Source of the DNA: Planctomycetota bacterium
Lineage (GTDB): Bacteria; Planctomycetota; UBA11346
Direction: 5' to 3'
DNA length: 64,000 nt
Assembly (NCBI GenBank): GCA_038231435.1
Contig: JBBRLJ010000015.1
Span: forward strand, 48,798 to 112,797
Shown: positions 28,681 to 38,147 of the stretch, in pieces
How the letters are laid out: the number at the start of each line of letters is the position of its first letter
Numbering within the stretch: position 1 is the first letter of the stretch
Notes under the pieces: generated by a model
Databases searched by the model: none
Seen by the model: the letters and a program-made list of their open reading frames with translations, nothing else
What the model was told of the DNA's origin: nothing
Translations under genes and position numbers: made by a program

Positions 28681-30405
28681 TCAGATCAGCTCGCGCAATT
28701 CTTCCGCCCGATCGAGGCAACGCTTGCGCAGCAGGAACAGCGCCAGCCCGTAGAAGGCGGTGTTGATGGCCGCGCATGGCGCCCAATTGGGCGCGTTGTT
28801 CGGATACTCGTTGATCGCGAACATGCTGGCGGGGCTGAGCAACCACAGGTAGTCCATCGCTCCCACGGCGTCGCCATGCGCGTGCCTGTTCAGGTAGCTG
28901 ACGATGATGAGCGGCGCCACCACCCACGCCACCAGCGTGGCCAATGAGGCCACCGCGGCCTGGACCTGCCCCGCGAAGCGCAGGCTCATGGCCAACGACA
29001 GCCATACCACGATCTCGAGATACAGCCACGCGGTGATGCTGGATGACAGCAGGTAGAAGAGCGACCGCCAGACCCCCATCGGCGCCTCGAGCAGCGCTTC
29101 GAGCGTGCACAGGCCCATGATCGTGATGCTCGCCAGCCAGCACAGCCGGCGCACGCCAGCGAGCTTCTGGCGCAGCAGATCGCGCGGCTCGATCGGCGTG
29201 GTCAGCAGGATTTCAAGGGTGCGCCGCGAGCGCTCGCCGCTGATCAGCGTCGATGCGTGCGAGGCGATGGTCGCCGCGGCGATGAGGTAGCACAGGCCGA
29301 GGAGGATGGTCACGCCCGCCGAATCCTGGACGCTCTTGCTGGTCGCCCAGCCGAGCAGCATGAACAGCAGCACCATCACGCCGAACCACAGCAGGAACAC
29401 CCACAGACCACCGCCGTTGCCCTTGAGCCACCCGGCCATGCGGCTCGCTTCGCGCCAGGCGATGGGACGATCGTCAGGCAGGCCGATGTTCACCGATCCG
29501 AAGCGCAAGCGTTGCTGGAGGATCCGCCACTGGTTGCGTCCGCCCGAAGCCGGATCGCGCAGCGGCCGCATCTGCTGCATCGCATGCGGCGCCAGCCGGC
29601 GTTCATCGTTGCCCATGGCGCGGCAGGCCATGGCGAAGAACACCGCTGCCGAGAGCAGGACGGGCAGGCACGAGATCAATAGCGTCCACATCGGGGAACC
29701 CGACCACGAGGACTGGAAGTAGATGATGAACGGGTAGGAGAGCGCCATGCTCCAGGCGGTGCCGTGCACCAGCTCCTCGATGATCATCACCGGCAGCATC
29801 GTCATCGGCAGGGTCAGCATCAGCACGCCCGCGCCCATGATGTACGCGCGCATCGTGCCGGCCATCGAGCTGCGCGCGCGCACGCTGCAGTACAGCGACC
29901 ATGCCCCGACCTGGAGGGCTCCCGCGATCAGCGCCACCGCCGCGGCCACCAGCTGCGAGATGCCGATGCCGCCCAGGGCGTAGGCGATGCCGCCCAGGGG
30001 CAGCGCCAGCATCATGAAGCTGCCCATGCCGATGACCCGCGACAGCAGCTTCTGCAGGAGCAGCTCCCACGGCTTCATGCGCGACACCAGCAGCACCGCG
30101 AGCGTGCCGCGCTCGCGCTCGGAGCTGATCACCGGAGCGACCATCGCCGGCAAGAACAGGTACAGGCCGATGAACTGCCAGATCACCAGCGAATCCAGCA
30201 GCCGCTTGCCGCTGCCCAGCACCGACATGTCGCCGACGCTGGCGCCCGAGAACTGCAGCTCGAAGCCCATCGCGAACAGCGTGAACAGCACGCACGCATA
30301 GGCCACGCGCAGCAGGTAGCTGCGGCCCTGCGCCGAGACTTCGATCAGCTCCTTGCCCAGGAGCGGCAGCAGGTTCGCGGGAGTGGAGAAGGACGGGATC
30401 TTCAC
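28681..30405 (-). CDS. ABC-2-type transporter permease with internal duplication (paralog 3)
   Basis: Many TMs. Two repeats of the motif (ISSERERGTLAVLL and ISGERSRRTLEILLTTP). N-terminal PLLGKEL. Confidence 0.85.
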   Translation of the reverse strand: MKIPSFSTPANLLPLLGKELIEVSAQGRSYLLRVAYACVLFTLFAMGFELQFSGASVGDMSVLGSGKRLLDSLVIWQFIGLYLFLPAMVAPVISSERERGTLAVLLVSRMKPWELLLQKLLSRVIGMGSFMMLALPLGGIAYALGGIGISQLVAAAVALIAGALQVGAWSLYCSVRARSSMAGTMRAYIMGAGVLMLTLPMTMLPVMIIEELVHGTAWSMALSYPFIIYFQSSWSGSPMWTLLISCLPVLLSAAVFFAMACRAMGNDERRLAPHAMQQMRPLRDPASGGRNQWRILQQRLRFGSVNIGLPDDRPIAWREASRMAGWLKGNGGGLWVFLLWFGVMVLLFMLLGWATSKSVQDSAGVTILLGLCYLIAAATIASHASTLISGERSRRTLEILLTTPIEPRDLLRQKLAGVRRLCWLASITIMGLCTLEALLEAPMGVWRSLFYLLSSSITAWLYLEIVVWLSLAMSLRFAGQVQAAVASLATLVAWVVAPLIIVSYLNRHAHGDAVGAMDYLWLLSPASMFAINEYPNNAPNWAPCAAINTAFYGLALFLLRKRCLDRAEELRELI

Positions 30406-31334
30406 GCGGTCTTGCCCTTGGTCAGGGCCATGAACACCGCTTCCATGTCCACGGCCTCGGGCTGGAACATGCGGATGCGCGCGCCTGTGGCGACCACGGC
30501 TTCATGGAGGTCGTCCATACCCGCCTCACCCTCGACGAACTGCAGGGCCAGGCGGTCGCCCTGGCGTTCGAGCGACTGGACGCCAGGGATGGCGGCGATG
30601 GCGGCCATCACCGCATCGGTCTCCTCCACGATCTGCAGGTGCACGAGCCGCCGCAGGCCCATGTCCTGACACAGCCGATCGAGGGGACCCTCGGCGACCA
30701 GCTTGCCGGCCTCGAGGATGCACACGCGCGTGCACAGCTGCGACAGCTCGTGCAGCAGGTGGCTGGAGATGACCATGGTCTTGCCCATGCGCTGCAGTTC
30801 GAGCAGCAGTTCGCGCATCTCGATGCGCGCGCGCGGGTCGAGACCCTCGGTGGGTTCATCGAGCAGCAGCAGGTCGGGATCATGGAGCAGCGTGCGCGCG
30901 ATCGACAGGCGCTGCTTCATGCCGCGCGACAGCCCGTCGACCAGCGAGTCGGCTTTGCCGGTGAGGTCGGTCAGGGCCAAGACGTCGCGCACCAACGAGT
31001 CGCGCTTGCGCGGGTCGAGCTTGTTCACCGCCGCGAAGAAGCGCAGGTAGTCCCTGGCGGTCAGGCCTTCGTACACTCCGAAGTAGTCGGGCACCCAGCC
31101 GATCCGTCCGCGCACGCGCATCGGCTCGGCAGTGGCGTTGATGCCGTCGATCATCACCCGCCCGCGCGACGGCCTGACCAGGGTCGCCATCGCCTTCATG
31201 GTCGAGGACTTGCCGGCGCCGTTGGGGCCGATGAGCCCGAGCGCTTCGCCCGCCGGCACCACGAAGCTGATGTCGCGCACCGCGATGTGGCCGCCGAAGG
31301 CGATGACCAGGTTGTGCACCGAGACCATGGTCAT
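30402..31334 (-). CDS. ABC transporter ATP-binding protein (exporter type)
   Basis: GPNGAGKSS, LSRGMKQR, LLLDEPT and ISSHLL. ATG at 31334 overlaps the upstream stop. Confidence 0.95.
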   Translation of the reverse strand: MTMVSVHNLVIAFGGHIAVRDISFVVPAGEALGLIGPNGAGKSSTMKAMATLVRPSRGRVMIDGINATAEPMRVRGRIGWVPDYFGVYEGLTARDYLRFFAAVNKLDPRKRDSLVRDVLALTDLTGKADSLVDGLSRGMKQRLSIARTLLHDPDLLLLDEPTEGLDPRARIEMRELLLELQRMGKTMVISSHLLHELSQLCTRVCILEAGKLVAEGPLDRLCQDMGLRRLVHLQIVEETDAVMAAIAAIPGVQSLERQGDRLALQFVEGEAGMDDLHEAVVATGARIRMFQPEAVDMEAVFMALTKGKTA

Positions 31335-33058
31335 GACGCGCCACCGCTCTTGCGCAGCAACCGCGGAGCCATGCGCAGGCAGCGAAAGCGCAAGCCGAGC
31401 CAGAGGGCGGTGTAGATGCCGATGGCGGCCAGATGGGGAAGGAATGCGCCGATCTTCATGCGCTCCAGGCCGTCGCTCTCGCTGAACGCCAGATACCCAC
31501 CAGGGCTGAGGATGAGCAGGGGGTATACCAGTTCGCGATCGGTGGAGTCGTTGAGCAACGAGCGGAAGCCCACCACCAGCACCACCCAGCCGAAGCTCCA
31601 TGCCAGGAGCACCGCAAGCGCGGTGGCCACCGCGCGGCCGCGATGGCGGACCCACATGCCGACCAGCACCGACATCCACGTCACGATCGGCGGAACCAGG
31701 ACGGCCATCTCGACCTGCGCGCACAATTTGGACGTGAGGTCGGTGTCGAATCTCCGCGGGAGGTACCACGAGGCGTAGTACGCCGCCATGATGGTGTGCT
31801 GCATGGCGTGGGCGTACCAGCGGTAGCAGACGATGGCGAGCAGCATCACCACCATCACCAGCTGCACCCGGCTCAGTGCGCGTACTTTCTGCCCCAGGAT
31901 GTCCGCAGGGGACATCGGCGTGGTCAGCAGCACGTCGAGGGTCTGCTGGGCGCGTTCGGCGGCCATCACGCCGGTACCGAGCGACACCAGCACCAGTGCC
32001 GTCAGCACCAGTCCGGCGGCGGACATCAGCGCGTACATGGCGTCGCCGTCGTCGCGCCCGAAATTCCAGCGCATGAACACGAAGGCGAGCGCGAACAGCG
32101 GCAAGGCGATGCGTGCGAGATAGCGCCAGCTCGCCAGGGCGCGGCGGTTGATCTCGCGCCACGCGACCGGATCGCGCTCGGGCACCTCGCTACGCACCGT
32201 CCTGCCCATGCGTCGTTCCCAGCCGTTGAAGCGCGCGTCGAGGCTGCGGAACCAGGCGAGCATCCACGGACCGCCGGCGGGTTGGGCGCGCCTGATGATC
32301 GCCAGGCGGGCGGCCACCAGCAACAGCACGATCGACACCATGATCGGCCAGTTCCGGGCGGCCAAGGCCATCACTCCGTCGGTCTGGTCCCAGGTCGCGA
32401 ACTGGAGCCACGGGGTCACCTGCACCGGGATGGTCCACGTGCCGTGGACCGAGAGGTTCAGGAATTCCATCAGCTCCCTCAGCGGCAGGAGCAGATGGAT
32501 CACCACCAGCCCGATGTACGACGCGAAGAACGCCATGCCCGAACCCCGGCAGTATGCGCTCACCGCCAGGCACAGCGCGCCGGTCTGGGCGCAGGTGAGC
32601 GCGAGCATCAGGATTCCGCCCTCGATGCGCTCGGTGCTCACTCCGCCGAAGGCGTAGGCGAGCGCCATCAATGGCATCGCCAGCATCAACAAGGTGAGCA
32701 TGCCCAAGGCGCTGGCGGTGAATTTCTGCAGCACCAGTTCCCATGGCCCCATCGGTGTCAGCATGAGCAGGACCAGCGAGCCCTGCTCCTTCTCCTGGGT
32801 GATGGCGCTCGAGCACAGCGCCGGCATCAGCACCAGGATGCCGGTGAACAGCGACCACAGTAGCACGTCGAAGAGTTCCCGGCCGCGGCCGATCATGCCT
32901 ACCAGCGGGTCGAGTTCCCGGCTCGCGGACATGTACGCGATCCAGAAGCCGAGCAGCAGTAGGATCGCGAACAGGCTGCGGGCGGCGTAGGTGCGGCGAC
33001 GGGCCGCCTGCTCGAGCAGCTCCTTGCCGAGCAGCGGGAACGATGGGATCAGCCGCAC
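31331..33058 (-). CDS. ABC-2-type transporter permease with internal duplication (paralog 2)
   Basis: PLLGKEL, ITQEKEQGSLVLLMLTP, DPVAWRE and MAAERAQQTLDVLLTTP. The GTG start at 33058 was chosen by alignment with the paralogs. Confidence 0.85.
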   Translation of the reverse strand: MRLIPSFPLLGKELLEQAARRRTYAARSLFAILLLLGFWIAYMSASRELDPLVGMIGRGRELFDVLLWSLFTGILVLMPALCSSAITQEKEQGSLVLLMLTPMGPWELVLQKFTASALGMLTLLMLAMPLMALAYAFGGVSTERIEGGILMLALTCAQTGALCLAVSAYCRGSGMAFFASYIGLVVIHLLLPLRELMEFLNLSVHGTWTIPVQVTPWLQFATWDQTDGVMALAARNWPIMVSIVLLLVAARLAIIRRAQPAGGPWMLAWFRSLDARFNGWERRMGRTVRSEVPERDPVAWREINRRALASWRYLARIALPLFALAFVFMRWNFGRDDGDAMYALMSAAGLVLTALVLVSLGTGVMAAERAQQTLDVLLTTPMSPADILGQKVRALSRVQLVMVVMLLAIVCYRWYAHAMQHTIMAAYYASWYLPRRFDTDLTSKLCAQVEMAVLVPPIVTWMSVLVGMWVRHRGRAVATALAVLLAWSFGWVVLVVGFRSLLNDSTDRELVYPLLILSPGGYLAFSESDGLERMKIGAFLPHLAAIGIYTALWLGLRFRCLRMAPRLLRKSGGAS

Positions 33059-33089
33059 GGTGACCCTGCTACCTGGTCTGTGCTCGGGC

Positions 33090-34802
33090 TCATGTCGGCC
33101 CGTCGCGGCGCAGCAGGTCGTCGGCGTTGCGCAGGCTGCGCGAGCGGAAGTACCACCACACGCCGGCGTAGACGGCGCAGGCGAGCAGCTGTGGCACCCA
33201 CGGTCCTCCGGGCAGCCTCGAGATCTCGCCACTCTCAGCGAATCCGACGAACGCGACCGGGCTGAGCAGCAGGAAGAGGACGATCGGATTGTGGTCCGAT
33301 GGCTCGAAGATCAGCAACGGCGCCAGCAGCAGCAACCCGACCCCGACGCTCCAACCCACCGCCGCGACGATCGCGATGATCACCGCCCGCCCATGGCGGC
33401 GGACGCGCAGGCCGATCCATGCCGCCATCCAGGCGAACGCGGGCGGGATGACGATGGCGGCCTCGGCCGCGCCGAGCACGCGTGCGACGTCGGACGAATC
33501 GTCCCAGCGCGACCGCGTCTCTACCAGCAGGCGGAAGACCAGGATCTCGAGCAGCAGCACGGTCAGCACCCAGCGCATGCGCGTCAAGGCGCGCACCTTC
33601 TGCCTGACGATGTCGCGCGCACTCATCGGCGTGGTGAGCAGCACCTCGAGCGTCTGTTGCGAGCGTTCCGTGGCCACAACTCCAGCGCCCATCACCACCA
33701 GCACCAGCACCGACAGTGACAGCAGCACGCACGACAGCACCGCATAGCCATCCCCACCGACCTGGTTGGTGCCCATGCCGACCAGCAGGAAGAACAGGCA
33801 AACGTGCACCGGCAGGAAGATGCGCACCAGGTAGCGCACGTTGGCCAGCGAGCGGCGGTTGACCTCGCGCCATGCCACCGGATCCATGGCCGGCAGGTCG
33901 ACGGCGACCTTGCGGCCCATGCGGCGGTCGATGCGGTTGAAGGCGTGGTCGAGCCAGCGGAAGCAGCGCAGCAGCGGATTGGCGCCCGTCAGCGCGGCGC
34001 GGCGGATGAGGGCGAAGCGCGCGATGAGCAGGAATGCCGCGACCGAGATCCACGCCGGAACGCTCGCGAGCAGCACCCGCCCATCGGGACGTGCGTCGAA
34101 GAGGAAGGCCGGGCAGATGAACTGCCAGTGTTCGACATCGAGGATGGTGCCGGTGAGCAGGCCATTGCCGTAGGATCGGCCGTACATGCTGCTGTTCCTG
34201 AGCACCTCGCCAATCAGGGGAATGCCCAGATACATCGTCGCGACCACCACGTAGCTCAGGAAGAACGCCATGGTCGAACCGCGGCACCAGGCGCTGACCG
34301 CGATGGACACCGCGCCCACCTGCAGCAGCGTCACGACGAGCAGGTACAGGCCAGCCCACATGCTGTCCTCGTCGATGCCGCCCAGCGACAGCGCGACGGC
34401 GAACAGCGGCAGCGCGAGGAGCAGGAATCCGCCCATGGCGATCAGGCGCGACAGGTATTTCTGCGCCACCAGCTCCCATGGGCGCATGGGGGTGAGCATG
34501 AGCAGCACCAGGGTGCCCTGCTCCTTCTCCGAGGTGATGGTGCCGGCGGTGATGGCCGGCATGAAGAACGCGATGCCGATGAACAGGGCGACGAACAGGA
34601 ACTCGAAGATCGGGGCGCCGGTGCCGAGCATGTCCAGCGCCCGCGATGAGCGGCTGCTCGCCGAGACGTACGCCACTGCGAAGCCGATGAACAGCATGGT
34701 GGCGAACACGCAGCGCAGCACGTAGGTGCGCTTGCGCGCCGAGATCTCGAGCAGCTCCTTGGCGAGCAGCGGCAACGAGGGGATGTACCGGGCGTTCAGC
34801 AT
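33090..34802 (-). CDS. ABC-2-type transporter permease with internal duplication (paralog 1)
   Basis: PLLAKEL, ITSEKEQGTLVLLMLTP, DPVAWRE and VATERSQQTLEVLLTTP. Confidence 0.88.
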   Translation of the reverse strand: MLNARYIPSLPLLAKELLEISARKRTYVLRCVFATMLFIGFAVAYVSASSRSSRALDMLGTGAPIFEFLFVALFIGIAFFMPAITAGTITSEKEQGTLVLLMLTPMRPWELVAQKYLSRLIAMGGFLLLALPLFAVALSLGGIDEDSMWAGLYLLVVTLLQVGAVSIAVSAWCRGSTMAFFLSYVVVATMYLGIPLIGEVLRNSSMYGRSYGNGLLTGTILDVEHWQFICPAFLFDARPDGRVLLASVPAWISVAAFLLIARFALIRRAALTGANPLLRCFRWLDHAFNRIDRRMGRKVAVDLPAMDPVAWREVNRRSLANVRYLVRIFLPVHVCLFFLLVGMGTNQVGGDGYAVLSCVLLSLSVLVLVVMGAGVVATERSQQTLEVLLTTPMSARDIVRQKVRALTRMRWVLTVLLLEILVFRLLVETRSRWDDSSDVARVLGAAEAAIVIPPAFAWMAAWIGLRVRRHGRAVIIAIVAAVGWSVGVGLLLLAPLLIFEPSDHNPIVLFLLLSPVAFVGFAESGEISRLPGGPWVPQLLACAVYAGVWWYFRSRSLRNADDLLRRDGPT

Positions 34803-34875
34803 GGAATGCGCGGCGCAGCGCCGGTCCGCGATCCTGCCGATGGCGCCGCTTCCAGCGCTGGCCGCCGGCCCACGA

Positions 34876-35808
34876 TCACGCGGTCTTGCCCTCGGTCAGC
34901 TTCATGAACGCGGTCTCCATATCCAAGGCCTCGGGCTGGAACATGCGCATGCGCCCGCCGAGCTTGTGGATCGATTCATGGAGATCCTCGACCGCTAGTT
35001 CGCCCTCGCGCCACTGGATGGCCAGCCGGTCGGCTTGTGGCTCGACCCCCGCCACTCCGGGCAGGGCCTTGATCGAGGCGACCAGTTCGTCGGTGGCGTT
35101 CACCAGCTGGACATGCACGACGCGCATCAGGTTCAGGCGCTGGAAGATCTCGTCGAGCGGGCCTTCGGCCATCATCTGGCCGGCCTCGATGATGCCGATG
35201 CGCGTGCACAGCTGGGCGAGCTCGTGCAGGATGTGGCTCGAGATGATGATGGTCTTGCCCAGACGCTGCAGCTCCTTGAGCAGTTCGCGCATCTCGATGC
35301 GGGCGCGGGGATCGAGCCCCGAGGCGGGCTCGTCGAGCAACAGCAGCTCGGGATCGTGCAGCAGCACGCGCGCCAGCGACAGTCGCTGCTTCATGCCGCG
35401 CGAGAGGCCATCGACCGGCGCGTCGATCTTGCCGGTGAGGTCGGTCAGGGCGAGCGCGTCGGCGATCAGGCCCTCGCGCTTGGCGCGCTCGATGCGGTAC
35501 GCGGCGGCGAAGAAGTGCAGGTATTCACGGACGGTGAGGTCTTCGTAGACGCCGAAGAAGTCCGGGACGTAGCCGATGTTGCGGCGGATCTTCGCGGGAT
35601 TCTTGGCGACGTCGATGCCGCCGATCGATGCCGTGCCGCCAGAAGGCTTCAACAGCGTGGCGAGCACCTTGATGGTAGACGACTTGCCGGCCCCGTTGGG
35701 GCCGATGAAGCCGAAGAGCGCGCCCTTCGGGATCGAGAACGAGATGCCCTTCACCGCCTCGAGCTTGCCATACTTGACGCGGAGATTGTCGATCTGGACG
35801 AACGTCAT
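34876..35808 (-). CDS. ABC transporter ATP-binding protein (exporter type)
   Basis: GPNGAGKSS, LSRGMKQR, LLLDEPASGLDP and ISSHIL. ATGA overlap, with GGAG upstream. Confidence 0.95.
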   Translation of the reverse strand: MTFVQIDNLRVKYGKLEAVKGISFSIPKGALFGFIGPNGAGKSSTIKVLATLLKPSGGTASIGGIDVAKNPAKIRRNIGYVPDFFGVYEDLTVREYLHFFAAAYRIERAKREGLIADALALTDLTGKIDAPVDGLSRGMKQRLSLARVLLHDPELLLLDEPASGLDPRARIEMRELLKELQRLGKTIIISSHILHELAQLCTRIGIIEAGQMMAEGPLDEIFQRLNLMRVVHVQLVNATDELVASIKALPGVAGVEPQADRLAIQWREGELAVEDLHESIHKLGGRMRMFQPEALDMETAFMKLTEGKTA

Positions 35809-38147
35809 GGCGTCGCTCCTGGGCTTGGTTGATCGGTCGATGGCGCCGACTCGGCAGGCAGGTCGTGGAACATCCTGCGGGCCACCCACAGCGTGTCTCC
35901 CTCGCGCACCGCGGCGACCAGCAGCCATTGGCGAGCATCGCTGGCATCGAGCACGGCGAAGTCCTCGAAGGTCGCACCGCCCGCCGGCGAGACCTGCGAC
36001 ACCAGCGCGAACCATCCGCAGGCCGGATGCACGCACATCCACGACAGCCAGTCGCGGTTGGAGTCTTCGTTGTAGCCGCGCGCGCTCTCGCGCCGTGGCG
36101 TGAGCGAATCGCGGCTGCCCTTCAGCACGTTCTGCTGGCCGGCGTGGTAGACCGCGATGAACGTACCGGGATGCTTGGCCACGATCTCGCTGGCGTACGC
36201 AGCGAGGGTCGGGTCCTCGGCCCCTGTGAAGTCGCGGTCCAGGTGGAAGGGGGCGTTCGCCGGCGCCTCGAAGGACAGGCTGCGGCGCAGGCGCGGATCC
36301 CACTGCCCGATCTCCTGGGCGACGCGGTAGTGCCCGGGCACGGAGCCGTCGTAGTCGGGCACCGACGATACCGCCTCGGTCGATCTGCCGCGCGAGCGGT
36401 ATTGGTACTGGAGGCCACCTTGCGATGCGTCCTCGCCGCGATTGAGGTCGCACCACAGCGCGTCGTGGACCTCGGTGGCGATGGTCGCGCGATCGCTGGT
36501 GAAGACCAGTTCGACCGCGTTGTCGCGCAGGGTCTCGCCGCCGTGGCCGTAGTCGACGACCTCGAGCTTCTGGCGGTTGTCCGAGGCGCCGAGGTAGTGG
36601 CGTGAGAGCCTGACCATGAACACGGTGAAGCCGATCGCCACCGCGGGGAAGAGGATCCAGGTGTAGCGTCGCGCGCGCAGCCAGCCGAGCAGGATCCAGT
36701 CGCCCGGGCCGACGGCGAGCACGAACAGCAGGAAGACCGTGAACACCACGCTGAAGGGGATGATCATCACCTGGGCCGGGACCAACAGGTTGGTCAGCGA
36801 ACCGCCCATCGGCAGGGCCACGTGACGGAACGAGATATGCTGGCGTTCGTCGGTGTTCTGCTGGTTGTTGTAGCGGTTGTACTGGTTCTGCAGCTCCTTC
36901 TGCGTGGTCTCGGTGTCGTCCTTCACCAGCCGTGCTTCGTCGGTGGCGCCGGTGGCGGTGAGGATGCGCGCCTGCACATCGCGGACCTTCCATAGGAAGG
37001 ATGGCAGCCAGGCCAGTGACTGCTGCCGGCTCGCGTCCACCGCGATGCCCAGCGGGATGATCGCGACACGGCCGATCCCGCTCGGCACCGCCAGCGTTCC
37101 ATTGCTCGAGCCTCCGCTACCGCCTGTGATGGCCAGGTGCTGACGTGCGTCGCGCGACGCGAGTACCGCGTCAGACTTGCCGCCATCCGCGATCAGCCTC
37201 TGGATGAACGCGAAGGCCTCGTCGGACAATGGGCCCTCGGGCATCAGGCAGAGCGAACCGCCTCCGCGAGTCCAGCGCTCGAGCGCCACGAGCTGCTTGT
37301 CCTTCAGTCGCGAGATGCCATCGCCAGCGAGGACCACCACGTCGAAGGCGCACCAGGCGAGCGGTTGGCTGGTCAGATCCGCCTCGTTCAGCCGCACCAC
37401 CACGGTACGTACATCAGGGCGATAGGGTTCCTCTTCGTCGTCGCTGGCTGGCGCCGTCTCGGTAGCTGGAACGGGCTTCGCCGGCTTACCGTGCTCGGCT
37501 TTCTTTGTCTTAGCCTGTGGCTTGGCCTTGGGCGGGGGTGTGGCCACTGCGAGGAAGCGCTCGATCGAGGTCAGCAGCAGCATCGATCGTACGTCGACGC
37601 CGGACAGGCACAGCCCGAGGCAGAGCGGGCGCTCGCGCCGGCCTTCGATCGCCAGCGTGTGCGAGTCCAACGCCACCGGCTTGTCCCCGTCGAGCCATTC
37701 GACGGTGGCATCGAGCTCGCCATGCTCATCGGTGATCGGCAGCGGCGGCAGCAGCACCTCGCTGGTGCGCGCGCCGTGCGCGAGCGTCCACTCCGGCCCG
37801 GTCCAGGTGAACAGGCTGTCGTGCCCGTCGTGCACGTGCACCCGCAGTCGGCCGGTACGCGGGCCCGCGCCGTCGCTGGCGATGGTGACGCTCAGCGGCA
37901 GCGGCGCGTTGGGACGCGGATAGAGGATGTGGGTGGCCAGCGACAGAGCGAGTCCGTCCTTGCGCGACACCTTGTTGGTGGGCACGGCCACGACCTCGGG
38001 AGCCGGCACGGGCTCGTCCGTTGTCGGGTCGGTGTCTTCTGCGTGCACGTAGCCGGCGAGGAGCGCGAGCATGAGCGGCGGGAGCCACGCCGCGCAGCGC
38101 CGCGGCGTCATGACGAAGGCACCCAGGAGTGCGGTTTTACCGGTCAT
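35805..38147 (-). CDS. Membrane protein with large extracytoplasmic region including a GATase-like domain
   Basis: Signal-like N-terminus. FDVVVLAG...QLVALERWTRGGGSL. TM hairpin FLLFVLAVGPGDWILL...WILFPAVAIGFT. ATGA overlap. Confidence 0.75.
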   Translation of the reverse strand: MTGKTALLGAFVMTPRRCAAWLPPLMLALLAGYVHAEDTDPTTDEPVPAPEVVAVPTNKVSRKDGLALSLATHILYPRPNAPLPLSVTIASDGAGPRTGRLRVHVHDGHDSLFTWTGPEWTLAHGARTSEVLLPPLPITDEHGELDATVEWLDGDKPVALDSHTLAIEGRRERPLCLGLCLSGVDVRSMLLLTSIERFLAVATPPPKAKPQAKTKKAEHGKPAKPVPATETAPASDDEEEPYRPDVRTVVVRLNEADLTSQPLAWCAFDVVVLAGDGISRLKDKQLVALERWTRGGGSLCLMPEGPLSDEAFAFIQRLIADGGKSDAVLASRDARQHLAITGGSGGSSNGTLAVPSGIGRVAIIPLGIAVDASRQQSLAWLPSFLWKVRDVQARILTATGATDEARLVKDDTETTQKELQNQYNRYNNQQNTDERQHISFRHVALPMGGSLTNLLVPAQVMIIPFSVVFTVFLLFVLAVGPGDWILLGWLRARRYTWILFPAVAIGFTVFMVRLSRHYLGASDNRQKLEVVDYGHGGETLRDNAVELVFTSDRATIATEVHDALWCDLNRGEDASQGGLQYQYRSRGRSTEAVSSVPDYDGSVPGHYRVAQEIGQWDPRLRRSLSFEAPANAPFHLDRDFTGAEDPTLAAYASEIVAKHPGTFIAVYHAGQQNVLKGSRDSLTPRRESARGYNEDSNRDWLSWMCVHPACGWFALVSQVSPAGGATFEDFAVLDASDARQWLLVAAVREGDTLWVARRMFHDLPAESAPSTDQPSPGATP

